Shown here piece by piece: positions 1 to 10,056 of a stretch of 64,000 nucleotides of DNA. Positions within the stretch are counted from its first letter, which is position 1; each line of letters opens with the position of its first letter. Where the stretch lies: NCBI GenBank assembly GCA_963726455.1, contig CAVSCK010000004.1:576001-640000 (forward strand), read 5' to 3'. Below the pieces are notes generated by a model. The model was given only the letters and a program-made list of their open reading frames with translations, searched no databases and was not told where the DNA came from. This stretch comes from an uncultured bacterium (lineage in GTDB: Bacteria; Zixibacteria; MSB-5A5; CAIYYT01). Position numbers and translations under genes: made by a program.

Positions 1-778
1 TGATCGCCAAAGCCGGCTGACCATGAATGTCGTGAAGATTCTGGACATGCTCGACGAGTACGACACCAAGGCGACGTTCTTTGTGCTGGGTTGGGTGGCC
101 GACAAGTATCCGGGCTTACTGGTCTTGATCAGGTCGCGTGGGCATGAATTGGCGACTCATGGCTACATGCATGAATCGATCAAGCGCCTCAGCGCGGAGG
201 AGTTCAAGAGCGATCTGACTCGATCGATACAAGCCATCTACCGGGCCTCGGGTGTGCGCGTAAAAGGATTTCGCGCGCCGACGTTCTCAGCAGACCGCAA
301 AGTGCCGTGGATCTGGGAAGCGCTGATTGCCAACGGGATAACCTACGATTCGAGTATCTTCCCAATCTACCATGATCTGTATGGCGACCCGAGCGCGCCG
401 AGATTCCCGTACATCATGCACGCCAACAGCGGCTCGCTCTTGGAAATTCCGCCGACAACCTACTCGATTTTGGGACGGCTGATGCCGGCCTGCGGCGGTG
501 GATCTTTCCGCATGTTTCCTTATTGGTACACCGAACGGGCGCTTAAAGCATATAACAATAGTGGGTATGCTGCGACGGTTTACTTGCATCCGTGGGAACT
601 GGATCCCAATCAGCCGCGGGAAACGGCCGGCCTGAAGAGCCGGCTAAGGCATTACACCAACTTGCATACTGTAGAAAGAAAACTGCGTCGGTTGTTGGAC
701 AAATATGAGTTCGGGCCCGTATGTGATATCTACCCGCAGACCGCCGACAGCGCCGTATCACTTGAGAACAGAGGATGA
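1..778 (+). CDS. Polysaccharide deacetylase, PEP-CTERM/XrtA-locus type with DUF3473-like C-terminus (5' partial)
   Basis: ATFFVLGWVA, HELATHGYMH, GFRAPTFS, GGGSFR and YLHPWELD motifs; the frame is open to the window edge upstream of ATG 23. Confidence 0.85.
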   Translation, partial: DRQSRLTMNVVKILDMLDEYDTKATFFVLGWVADKYPGLLVLIRSRGHELATHGYMHESIKRLSAEEFKSDLTRSIQAIYRASGVRVKGFRAPTFSADRKVPWIWEALIANGITYDSSIFPIYHDLYGDPSAPRFPYIMHANSGSLLEIPPTTYSILGRLMPACGGGSFRMFPYWYTERALKAYNNSGYAATVYLHPWELDPNQPRETAGLKSRLRHYTNLHTVERKLRRLLDKYEFGPVCDIYPQTADSAVSLENRG

Positions 779-782
779 TTAA

Positions 783-1898
783 ATGAATAAATCGAAAGTT
801 GCCATCCTGAAAACGACGCCGGAGACGGTAATTGCCGACTATGCGAGACTGATGGACCTGGCTGATTATTCGAAGCATGTCAGCCAGGCAAATGACCTCA
901 TTCTCAAGCTGAATCTCTCCTGGACGAAATATTTCCCGGCGTGTTCGAGCCAGCCATGGCAGGTCGAGGGCGTGGTCTCGAAGCTGATGGCGGACGGTTT
1001 TTCGCCTACCAAAGTGATACCGGTTGAAAACAAGACCGTCGTAACCAATCCCCGCAAGGGAGCCGCCAATAACCTGTGGCTACCGATTCTGAATCAATAT
1101 CAGCTCGACTTCAAGCCGCTGCCTGAGCAGGAGTGGATTGTCTATAAGTTCAAATCGAAATTGCTGAAGCTGAACGACATCTTCCCCGAAGGGATTGAAA
1201 TTCCCAAGATGTATGTCGGACGGCAGATTCTGCATCTGCCGACCGTAAAGACGCACGGGCATGCGGTCACGACCGGGGCAATCAAGAATGCTTTTGGCGG
1301 GTTACTGAAAGAAGTACGGCACTACGCACACAAGTACATGCATGAGGTGCTGGTCGATCTGGTTCTGATGCAGCGGGAATTGCATCCCTCGGTGTTTGCC
1401 GTGATGGATGGCACCGTTGCCGGCAACGGCGCGGGGCCGCGCACGATGGACCCGGTAGTAGCGAACTACATTTTGGCGTCGGCAGATTCGGTGGCCATCG
1501 ATTCGGTCGCGGCAAAACTGATGGGATTTGACCCGTTGGCGATTCCGTATATCAAGATGTGTGACCAGATGCAACTTGGCAATGGCGATCCACGCAACAT
1601 CGAAGTCGTCGGGGCCGATGTCAGCGACGTGAACCTGCATTTTACCACCAAGAAGTCATTCGTTATTTGGGGCGACCAGTTGTTGCGCAAGGGGTCGCTG
1701 CGTTTTCTGGAGAAGATCGCACTGCATTCACCGCTCATGGTCTGGGCGCCGGCGGCATCGAATTTCTATCATGATGTACTGTGGTATCCGACGGTCGGGC
1801 AATCCAAGATCAACAAGTTCAATAATACTGAGTGGGGCAAGCTCTGGCGTGACTACAAAGAAGGCCGCCGGAGTCCGGCTCGACAGACAGTAGGGTAG
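783..1898 (+). CDS. DUF362 domain protein
   Basis: LKLNLSW, LPTVKTHGH..TTGAIKNAFG, VMDG..G.GP and D.VAID motifs typical of DUF362. Confidence 0.8.
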   Translation: MNKSKVAILKTTPETVIADYARLMDLADYSKHVSQANDLILKLNLSWTKYFPACSSQPWQVEGVVSKLMADGFSPTKVIPVENKTVVTNPRKGAANNLWLPILNQYQLDFKPLPEQEWIVYKFKSKLLKLNDIFPEGIEIPKMYVGRQILHLPTVKTHGHAVTTGAIKNAFGGLLKEVRHYAHKYMHEVLVDLVLMQRELHPSVFAVMDGTVAGNGAGPRTMDPVVANYILASADSVAIDSVAAKLMGFDPLAIPYIKMCDQMQLGNGDPRNIEVVGADVSDVNLHFTTKKSFVIWGDQLLRKGSLRFLEKIALHSPLMVWAPAASNFYHDVLWYPTVGQSKINKFNNTEWGKLWRDYKEGRRSPARQTVG

Positions 1899-2021
1899 CA
1901 GCCCCGCCGATCTCATAGCTTCCCAAGGGTTTACGCGAATCCCACACTACGCGAAAATTGCCTTGCGCCGAAACGACGCTCTGGCTATTTTATCGACAAT
2001 AAGTTTCATAATGGGGTTGGC

Positions 2022-3521
2022 TTGGCACTTCGCAATATCATTTTCATTCTACTATTAGCGTTCGCTTCGGCGGCGTTCGGGCAGGTTATCCCGGTTCCAT
2101 ACGCGATTGACTTTCAGCCCACCTGCGACGATTTTCTGTTGGTCTGGCATTATTGCGGTGTGAACATGATCACATACGGCGATAATGGAACCATTGCGCG
2201 AAACTACTATGTGGTGAATCGCCCGGGGGCTGTAACAAGGGCGGCCATTGCATTCGACAGCATCGATGCCGGAGCTGTGATCGACCAGGTCTCGATCTTC
2301 ATCTGGGGCAAAGATCCGTTTCCTTCGAATCAGGGCGGCCCACAGTCACCATTCATGCTCACAATATATGACCACCTGCCGGAAAATACGAACGAGGCAG
2401 CACTCTGGGGTCCGAACGTCGTGTTGCCCGAGTGCGTTCCTTCGACCGGCGCGTGGGTCACGTTTCCGGTGCATCATGCTGCTTCTGGAAACGGGCGGAT
2501 AGTAGTCGAATTTCGCTGGCTGCCTGCGACGCCTTTGGCGCCGCTTCCGGCGATTGATTATCTACCCGGACAAGTTCGAACTTACGCGGGCTATAATTCA
2601 GGTGATTATGTCATTTGGGCGCCGGAACTGACAGGCAATATGCTGGTTCTGCTGAGCTGCAATCTGACGGACACCATTACGTCGGCTGAGAATTATGGAA
2701 CCATGCCCGACTCATTTTCAGTGTACGTAAGCGCGGACAGCGCGACGATTGACGGTTCTGAGGCCTTGACGATAAATGATTCACTGCACACACGGCTTGC
2801 GAGATCATCGGCGGCGGGAAAATACGCGTCAGTTTCGGCCTGGAAGGGAGACCGCGCCAGCCAGCCGTCAAGAGCTATCTACCTGGATCCAACTCAACCG
2901 TTGCGATTTCCGCTGGAAGTAAGTCCCGAATCAGTTCTGGTGGAGACCGGAGTCTCTGACACGGCCTGGGTGGAAGTGCAGGTCACAAATCCCTCAGACC
3001 GCTCGTTTCGGTATGCCCTGCAAGCGCCGGCATGCGGATGGCTCACATGTGATGCCGCTGAGAGAATGGTATCGCCGAGCCAGACGGATACCGTTTCCAT
3101 CATGGTCTCACGCTATGGTCTCGATAACGGAACATACTGCGATACCGTGCGCCTTGAGTGCTTGAGTGACGGCTTGAAGTTTCTGCCCAAATCAATTACG
3201 GTCGTGAACAAGGTGGATCAGGTAACGGGAGTCGTTGACGAAACGCCGCCGCTAGTGCGGGAAGTTGTGCTAGGGCAGAATTACCCGAATCCTTGCAATG
3301 GTAGTACGGTCATTGTTTCGGCGTCGCCGGCGCCTGTAACGATCGTCAACGTTCTGGGGCGGGAGATTGTCGTGCTGAACGCGCTGGACGGTGGCGCCAG
3401 TCAGCTTCATAGGTTCTCGTGGGATGGCCGCGATTCACAAGGGCGTGAGGCAGCGAGCGGCGTGTACTTCTATCGTCAAATGGGGAGCACATCGATTCGT
3501 AAGTTGATCCTGCTCAAGTAG
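2022..3521 (+). CDS. Secreted protein with BACON-like Ig domain and FlgD/T9SS-type C-terminal sorting domain
   Basis: Signal peptide (AFG/Q); C-terminal LGQNYPNPCN...WDGRDSQG..ASGVYFYR...KLILLK; TTG start. Confidence 0.75.
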   Translation: MALRNIIFILLLAFASAAFGQVIPVPYAIDFQPTCDDFLLVWHYCGVNMITYGDNGTIARNYYVVNRPGAVTRAAIAFDSIDAGAVIDQVSIFIWGKDPFPSNQGGPQSPFMLTIYDHLPENTNEAALWGPNVVLPECVPSTGAWVTFPVHHAASGNGRIVVEFRWLPATPLAPLPAIDYLPGQVRTYAGYNSGDYVIWAPELTGNMLVLLSCNLTDTITSAENYGTMPDSFSVYVSADSATIDGSEALTINDSLHTRLARSSAAGKYASVSAWKGDRASQPSRAIYLDPTQPLRFPLEVSPESVLVETGVSDTAWVEVQVTNPSDRSFRYALQAPACGWLTCDAAERMVSPSQTDTVSIMVSRYGLDNGTYCDTVRLECLSDGLKFLPKSITVVNKVDQVTGVVDETPPLVREVVLGQNYPNPCNGSTVIVSASPAPVTIVNVLGREIVVLNALDGGASQLHRFSWDGRDSQGREAASGVYFYRQMGSTSIRKLILLK

Positions 3522-3615
3522 GGGACAGCCCCTCCCTGTTTCAGTTTGAAATACGGGCAAAACTCCATTCAAATTGTCTTAAACGCCTAAGCAATTACTG
3601 CCGATCAAATTAGAT

Positions 3616-5901
3616 ATGGAGACAACTTCCCAGCCGCAAGTGACAGCGGAGGCGCTGGCGTCATTTGTGCGCGAGGTCAACGCCTCGACCAAGAAACTTG
3701 CTATCTATCCTACCGGGCATCCGGCCTCGATCAAGGCGGCTGAGAAACCGTTTTCGATGCTCGAAGAAATTCTGCGTTCCGGCGGCCGGGTGATTCTTGC
3801 CGTCGCCGAAGGCAAACTGGTCGGCAACGGAATGCCACTCGATGACCGGCTGCTTATGGATGGATTGGGAAAAGCAATATATGAATCAGGCCTGGCGAGC
3901 ATCACCTTCGAACCGGGAGTTGAATTTGACGGTTTCGAGAAATTTCTCGCTCATTTGAACCTGAAAAAGGAGCAGCGCGACCTCCAGGGTTTGATTGACG
4001 CGGAGGGAATTGTCGGGATCGGAATCGGCAAAGTGCAATACCAACTAGTCAATGAAAATGAGCGCGTCGTTTCAGCCGACGCCGCGGAGAATCTGGGCGA
4101 TATGTCTGCTGGGTCAGTCCAATCGACCGTTGCCGAAGCACTGCGCAAACATCCGGCTCTTCTGTTGCAACTGCTTTCCCGAGGCCATTATGAAAGCGAA
4201 AAGACGGACGATGTTCAGGCAAAAACGACCGAAGGGAGCAAACCCTCATCTATCGCAGACACAGTCAACGCGCGCGCGATTCATTCGTTTGCCGCTGACG
4301 GCGATCTTGCGCCTGTGGTCCAGGAATTGTCAGGTTGCTCAAACGAAGAGTTGCTCGGCCTGCTGGTGACGGCCTTGCGGGAATCACTGGCTGATCGAAC
4401 CAACACGACGATGCTGCAGATGACGCAGACGCTGTTCACGTTGAGGGAAGTACTTGCCCAACGTGAAGCGCTCGACCTGCTGCCGAAATTGCAGCAGGCG
4501 CTAGCGGATCTGAACATAGCCGACCCAAGATATATCGAACTGATACTTGCCGCCGACTCGTCGCCGCGCAAGATCGCTTACACCCAGATTCAGAACATCA
4601 AGGAAGAATTCGCCAAGGGCACAATCGCTACCGAAAGACTGGACGAACTGCAAGGATGGTTGGAAACAATCAACGACGGTCAATATACAGACGACGTGAT
4701 CAAGGGCTTCTACCAGGACGCCGAGGCGCGCGACTACAAGCTGAGCGAATCGCAACTTTCGATGATGACGCGGCTGGCGATGATCGGCGCGCAGCAATTC
4801 GGAACGGCGCTGTCGGATTCGCAATTGCGACAAATCAAGGATCGCATTGCCGAACCCTCCGTAACGCAGGAAGCATTTGAATTGTTGGCCAATCAACTGG
4901 AGCAGTACTATCTCAAGTTTCTGGAGGCCGGCAACTATTCCGAGGCGCAGGAAATACTCGGACTGATCTGCCAGAAATTCGACACAGAACTTATCTACAC
5001 GGAAGGCGTAGCGGAATACGCCTCGCAGGTGCATCAGCGGATGACGTCGGCAAAGATTACTGAGTCGCTGGTGTACAAATTGAGCCGTCACTTTGACGCG
5101 GTCTCCAAGATGATGACACCGCTGCTGGAGATGTTCTTTAGCGTCGAGGCGATACTCGTATTTGCGTCCTACATTGCAAATGACAATCGCGGCGTTCGGG
5201 TCCTGCTTATCCGCCTGCTGTCGGGATTCGGGGTGCGCACCGTCAACGCTTTCCGGGTGTTGCTCTCGGATCGCACGTTGACCACGCGCGGAGCAGTTGG
5301 TAGCGGGCAGAATCAGGATACTTGGTATCGGCTGCGCAATATCATATTTGTCCTGGGCAATATTCCGCACCCGGACTCCGTGTCAATGGTCAAGCACTTC
5401 ACCGAGGATAAGGAAGCTAGAGTGGTGCTGGAGGCGACATCGGCGCTGGAAAGACTGGGGGGCGCCGAGGCAGCGACTACTTGCGCCCAGTTGCTTAGCC
5501 ATCCTGCAAAAGAGGTCCGGCAAAGGGCCTTGCACGCCCTGATGACAAACAATTCGACAGCGCAATACGAATATGTTGAGGAGTATTTCGTTCGCAACGT
5601 GGAGGAACGCTCGGCGTCGATGCCGGCCCTCATAAAGCTTGACAGCAAGCGCGCGTTCAGCTTTCTTGGTTCAGTTCTGTTAGGCGACTCGGAGATTTAC
5701 GCCAAATACCACGACAAACCGAACGAGGAGTTGAACGAGACGATCGTCAGCACGTTAATACAATTGAGGTCGACGGTATTTGACGAGGTTATGCGGAAAT
5801 ATGTTAGAGACCACACACGGACATTGTTAGGCCATTTCCGCAAGCCAGACTCGGTGAAGATAGCCGAGCGATACTTCAGGACGACCTCAAGTGGACTATG
5901 A
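3616..5901 (+). CDS. HEAT-repeat helical protein
   Basis: N-terminal YPTGHP motif; C-terminal HEAT-like repeats (WYRLRNIIFVLG, RVVLEATSALERLG, EVRQRALHAL). Confidence 0.7.
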   Translation: METTSQPQVTAEALASFVREVNASTKKLAIYPTGHPASIKAAEKPFSMLEEILRSGGRVILAVAEGKLVGNGMPLDDRLLMDGLGKAIYESGLASITFEPGVEFDGFEKFLAHLNLKKEQRDLQGLIDAEGIVGIGIGKVQYQLVNENERVVSADAAENLGDMSAGSVQSTVAEALRKHPALLLQLLSRGHYESEKTDDVQAKTTEGSKPSSIADTVNARAIHSFAADGDLAPVVQELSGCSNEELLGLLVTALRESLADRTNTTMLQMTQTLFTLREVLAQREALDLLPKLQQALADLNIADPRYIELILAADSSPRKIAYTQIQNIKEEFAKGTIATERLDELQGWLETINDGQYTDDVIKGFYQDAEARDYKLSESQLSMMTRLAMIGAQQFGTALSDSQLRQIKDRIAEPSVTQEAFELLANQLEQYYLKFLEAGNYSEAQEILGLICQKFDTELIYTEGVAEYASQVHQRMTSAKITESLVYKLSRHFDAVSKMMTPLLEMFFSVEAILVFASYIANDNRGVRVLLIRLLSGFGVRTVNAFRVLLSDRTLTTRGAVGSGQNQDTWYRLRNIIFVLGNIPHPDSVSMVKHFTEDKEARVVLEATSALERLGGAEAATTCAQLLSHPAKEVRQRALHALMTNNSTAQYEYVEEYFVRNVEERSASMPALIKLDSKRAFSFLGSVLLGDSEIYAKYHDKPNEELNETIVSTLIQLRSTVFDEVMRKYVRDHTRTLLGHFRKPDSVKIAERYFRTTSSGL

Positions 5902-8654
5902 GAGTTAAATACGGCTGGATTGTCTTACTTCTCCTGTTATTGCCTGCTACCGGCACCGCCCAATTCTATTTTGGCAAGAACAAGATTCAGTATTCGACCT
6001 TCAAGTGGAAGGTATTGTCGACGCCGCACTTTCGCGTCTATTTTTATGAGGAAGAAAAGCCAATAGCCGAAATCGCTGCGGCGGCCGCCGAACAATCGTA
6101 CGACATTCTTTCGGACAAGTTTAACCACTACATTTTCAAGAAGATCCCGCTGATCATATACAGCGCGCCGACGTTCTTTGCCCAGACCAACGTAACACCG
6201 TCGCTGCTTCCAGAGAACGTCGCCGGTTTCACAGAGTTCTATAAGGGACGCATGGTGGTACCGTTCAACGGTTCGGTGGGCGATTTTCGGCGGGTGGTAA
6301 GACACGAGCTGGTGCACTCGTTCATGTACGACAAGATTCTGGCCAATATTTCCGAGCATCGAAAGACGAATTACTACGGCCCACCGCTCTGGTTTACGGA
6401 AGGCCTGGCTGAATGCTGGTCGCGTCCGTGGGATACCGAAGCGGATATGATAATGAGCGATATGGCCCTCTCGGGAAACATTCGCAACATCGACGATCTC
6501 GATGAACTGACCGGGAGTTTCTTTATGTACAAATACGGCGAATCGTTCTGCCACTTCGTCGAAGATCATTACGGACACGACAAGCTGGGTATGATGTTCA
6601 CCAACTGGTGGAAAGCGAAGAACTTCGAGGCCGTATTCAAGATGACGGTCGGCAAGAGTATTCGCGATGTCGGCGACGAATGGGTGTACGACCTCAAGAA
6701 GAAGCATTTCCCGAAACTGGAAAAGGGTGACCTGCCGTCAAGCGTCACCACACCTCTGGCGGAGAAGGAGTTTGCCGTCAAGCCGGTGGCACTGCCGATT
6801 TCGTATCGCGGCGCTGATGACTGGATTGTTTACAAGGCCAACAAGCTCGGCTACTCCGGAATCTACATGCGTTCGCCGTCGAAAGACGAGGAAGTCACCC
6901 TGGTCAAAGGCGAGCGCTCGTCGGCGTTCGAGTCGTTGCACTTGCTGCAAACCAGAATCAGTGTCGACTCCGGAGGCAGGATCGCGTTCGTGTCGAAGCG
7001 CTACGAGCGGGATGTCATCTACGTTTATGATGTGCTCGCCGGCAAGATTACGGCGACGTATGAGTTTCCGAAACTGTTCCAGATAACGTCACCATCTTGG
7101 TCTCCCGACGGCAAGGCGATCATCTTTTCCGGCGCTACCTTCAATGGCGTGTATGACATCTACACTTACTCGATCGCTGATTCGAAGCTGCGTCAACTGA
7201 CGAATGACATTTACTATGATACCGAACCCGTGTACACTTTCGACGGCGATGTGATATTTTCGTCCGATCGCGGCAGCTTCGGTTATGAGAGCTATCGTAA
7301 TTTGTTCCGGCTGGTATTGCCCGATAGTACGATCACGCCGTTGACGTACGGAAAATTCAACGACCTGTCGCCCCAGTTCGTGGGACGCAATTTGCTGTTC
7401 ACGTCTGACCGTGGGGGCAGCCCGAACGTGTACATGCTTGACACCAACGCCCAGGTGCTGCAACTGACAGACTTTGCCACCGGTGCGTTTGATCCCGTAG
7501 TCGGCCATAACAAGCTAATATTCAGTGCCTATCAGAACTTCAGCTTCAACATTCTCTCACAACCCTACGACAGCTCGCTATTCGTTCCGGTGCAGGTTAC
7601 GCCGCCGGCATTTACCGCGTGGAACCCCGAATACCTGTCCGGCAAACTGGAAGAGGGCGTACTGGACTACAAGAACGAATACTCGATTGACGTCGCCCAA
7701 TCGGCGATTGCCTACGACGCGGTGGTGGGCTCAATTGGCGGTTTCCAGACGGTATTTTCCGATATGTTGGGCAACCGCCTGTACTACGTCTTGATTTCCA
7801 ATTCGGCCACGACCAAGGATGAGCTGTTGAAGTCATTTAACCTTGGGATCACTTATGTCAACAAAACCCATCGCCTCAACTGGGGTGTCGGGGCATTCCA
7901 TCTGTATGACGAGCATTTCGATGATTATGAGGGTTATGTCTCCGAGCGCCAAACGGGAGCGGAGGGTTTGATATCCTATCCGCTTTCGACTTTCACGCGC
8001 GTTGAAACCTCGATCTTTCTGCGACATTCTTTTCGGAAGAAGTTACAGTTCGACACGCAGCGTAATGCAATCCTGTCGACCAACTACATTTCACTGGTAC
8101 ATGACAACTCGTTGTGGGACGTTTCCGGGCCGATCGACGGTATGCGATTCAATGCCACACTGGGGCTGACGACAGATTTCTATTCGGGCAGAATATTCAA
8201 TCGGTTGGCATTTGTGGATTTCCGCCACTACCTGCGGATAGGCAAGTACTCGGCGTTCGCGACGCGAGTTTTTGGATTTGGTTCCGATGGAAGCGAGCCG
8301 CAGCGAATTTACCTGGGCGGAAGCTGGTCGTTGCGTGGATATGATCGCAAAGCGTTTTATGCGCGCAAGGTGGCGTTGATATCGAATGAGTTGAGATTCC
8401 CGTTGATTGATGACCTTTACGTTGGCTTCCCATTCGGGAGAATTGGATTTCAAGCGATCAGAGGCGCAGTGTTTGTCGATGCCGGCAGCGGCTGGAATGA
8501 CAAATTTGACCGGCTGTCGGGATCATTCGGAACAGGCGCACGCGTTTCGCTGGGATATCTGATGGTGTTGCGTTTCGATTTCGTGCGCCGAACCGATTTC
8601 CGCAAGATCACTTCGCCGTGGGTGTTTGATTTCTTCTTTGGGTGGAATTTCTGA
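5898..8654 (+). CDS. Omp85/BamA-TamA family outer membrane protein with N-terminal peptidase MA-like domain and TolB/PD40 propeller
   Basis: Signal peptide, QFYFGKNKIQY, HELVH...WFTEGLAE zincin motif, SWSPDGK repeats, LGG..SLRGY lid motif, terminal Phe; ATGA overlap with the upstream gene. Confidence 0.85.
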   Translation: MRVKYGWIVLLLLLLPATGTAQFYFGKNKIQYSTFKWKVLSTPHFRVYFYEEEKPIAEIAAAAAEQSYDILSDKFNHYIFKKIPLIIYSAPTFFAQTNVTPSLLPENVAGFTEFYKGRMVVPFNGSVGDFRRVVRHELVHSFMYDKILANISEHRKTNYYGPPLWFTEGLAECWSRPWDTEADMIMSDMALSGNIRNIDDLDELTGSFFMYKYGESFCHFVEDHYGHDKLGMMFTNWWKAKNFEAVFKMTVGKSIRDVGDEWVYDLKKKHFPKLEKGDLPSSVTTPLAEKEFAVKPVALPISYRGADDWIVYKANKLGYSGIYMRSPSKDEEVTLVKGERSSAFESLHLLQTRISVDSGGRIAFVSKRYERDVIYVYDVLAGKITATYEFPKLFQITSPSWSPDGKAIIFSGATFNGVYDIYTYSIADSKLRQLTNDIYYDTEPVYTFDGDVIFSSDRGSFGYESYRNLFRLVLPDSTITPLTYGKFNDLSPQFVGRNLLFTSDRGGSPNVYMLDTNAQVLQLTDFATGAFDPVVGHNKLIFSAYQNFSFNILSQPYDSSLFVPVQVTPPAFTAWNPEYLSGKLEEGVLDYKNEYSIDVAQSAIAYDAVVGSIGGFQTVFSDMLGNRLYYVLISNSATTKDELLKSFNLGITYVNKTHRLNWGVGAFHLYDEHFDDYEGYVSERQTGAEGLISYPLSTFTRVETSIFLRHSFRKKLQFDTQRNAILSTNYISLVHDNSLWDVSGPIDGMRFNATLGLTTDFYSGRIFNRLAFVDFRHYLRIGKYSAFATRVFGFGSDGSEPQRIYLGGSWSLRGYDRKAFYARKVALISNELRFPLIDDLYVGFPFGRIGFQAIRGAVFVDAGSGWNDKFDRLSGSFGTGARVSLGYLMVLRFDFVRRTDFRKITSPWVFDFFFGWNF

Positions 8655-9808
8655 TGGGAAACTGGCGGATTCTGATACTCGGCGGATTGATTGCGGCAAT
8701 TATTTTGCAAAGCGGCTGTGCGTCACGTCCCAGACCGCTGGCGCCCTTTGATGTAACACCACGTCCATTGATGTACTATCAGACACCGGCCAATGCGAAT
8801 CTGATTACTCCGTCCGACGGCAGTGTCTTCGACACACTGCTCTGGAGCCGCAAACTGAATGGCGGTTTGACCGCGCAGGTAGTCGGAACGGACAGTTTTG
8901 TGGTGGTGCCGAGTTTCAATGAGCGAATCTATCTGCTGAATCCGGATGATGGCAAGCATTACTCAATGCTCGGCACCGAAGCCGCAGTTGGATCGCCGAC
9001 AGTGATTTCGGGGAACTTGCTTTACTTTGTTGAGGAAGCAGGGGGGGATTTGTTGACCTGCCTGAACCTTGCCACACGCAAAGCGGTGTTTCATACGAAA
9101 ATCGTCGACTCTCCGGGAGCGCCGATATTGGACGGGGGCGACGTGTATATCACTTCCAGGACGGGAAACGTCTATCGCATTAACGGCCGGGACGGCAAAG
9201 TGATCTGGACCTATGAGACGGGGGGGATTTCCTACAGCTCGCCGACGGTGGACAGCCAACATGTGTATGCCGGCACCGACCGGGGAGAGATTGTCTGCCT
9301 CGACAAGAACAAGGGCACGAAGATTTGGTCATTCAAGTGTGGCGGCGCAATCTACTCGCGACCGGTCGTCGGAACTATTCTCTATTGCACCTCGGGAGAC
9401 GGAATCCTGTACGCGCTGGAGCCGTCGAATGGGTCACTTCTCTGGAGCTTCACCACGCACGGTCCGATCCATACCACACCGGTTCTGGCCGATGACCGGC
9501 TTTTGTTCGGCTCGGATGATAAGAGCGTGTACTGCCTCGACGCGCATACCGGGAAGAGCATCTGGGCGCATGAAACGGACGCGATTGTTCAGTCGTCGCC
9601 TCTGGCAACAGATACGACTTTCATTGTCTGCAACAGTGCAGGCAATGTTCTTCAATTTGGCTATTCCGGAAACCTGCTAAGGACGCTGAAGGTTAAGGGT
9701 TCAATTGACGCCGCACCGTCGATTATCGACGGCAAGTTGTTCGTCGTGACTCGCCTGAGAATGCTATATTGTTACGGCATTTCGAAGCACCTTCCACCTG
9801 CCAACTAA
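8654..9808 (+). CDS. PQQ-like beta-propeller lipoprotein (BamB-like)
   Basis: Lipobox LQSG-C; repeated G..YALD...G..LW units; TGATG coupling to the Omp85 gene. Confidence 0.8.
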   Translation: MGNWRILILGGLIAAIILQSGCASRPRPLAPFDVTPRPLMYYQTPANANLITPSDGSVFDTLLWSRKLNGGLTAQVVGTDSFVVVPSFNERIYLLNPDDGKHYSMLGTEAAVGSPTVISGNLLYFVEEAGGDLLTCLNLATRKAVFHTKIVDSPGAPILDGGDVYITSRTGNVYRINGRDGKVIWTYETGGISYSSPTVDSQHVYAGTDRGEIVCLDKNKGTKIWSFKCGGAIYSRPVVGTILYCTSGDGILYALEPSNGSLLWSFTTHGPIHTTPVLADDRLLFGSDDKSVYCLDAHTGKSIWAHETDAIVQSSPLATDTTFIVCNSAGNVLQFGYSGNLLRTLKVKGSIDAAPSIIDGKLFVVTRLRMLYCYGISKHLPPAN

Positions 9809-9811
9809 CTC

Positions 9812-9864
9812 TGACAATTTGACAGCTTTCGTGCCAGCGTGACGCTGGCTCTGCCATTTTGGCA
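9812..9864. promoter_or_regulatory. Three phased TG(A/C)CA-N3-TG(A/G)CA-like sites, candidate enhancer (UAS) for a sigma54 activator
   Basis: TGACAattTGACA at 9812, TGCCAgcgTGACG at 9832 and TGCCAtttTGGCA at 9852; exact 20-bp period. Confidence 0.6.
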
Positions 9865-9943
9865 TTTTCATCACTTAAAGCTATTCTCGACGCGTTCCCA
9901 CTAACTGTCTACGAATATGTCACTTAGGCCTCACAGGAAAAGG

Positions 9944-9960
9944 TTGGCACGGCATTTGTT
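9944..9960 (+). promoter_or_regulatory. Sigma54-type -24/-12 promoter of hsp20-dnaK
   Basis: TTGGCACGGCATTTGTT compared with consensus YTGGCACG-N4-TTGCW (GG-N10-GT). Confidence 0.65.
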
Positions 9961-10056
9961 TTAAGTAGTGCCGGTTGGGACGAGGTGAAGTGGATGGAAA
10001 GGAAATAGAAGATGAGTTTGAGGCAACAACCATTCAGTCACGAAGGAGAAAGAAGT

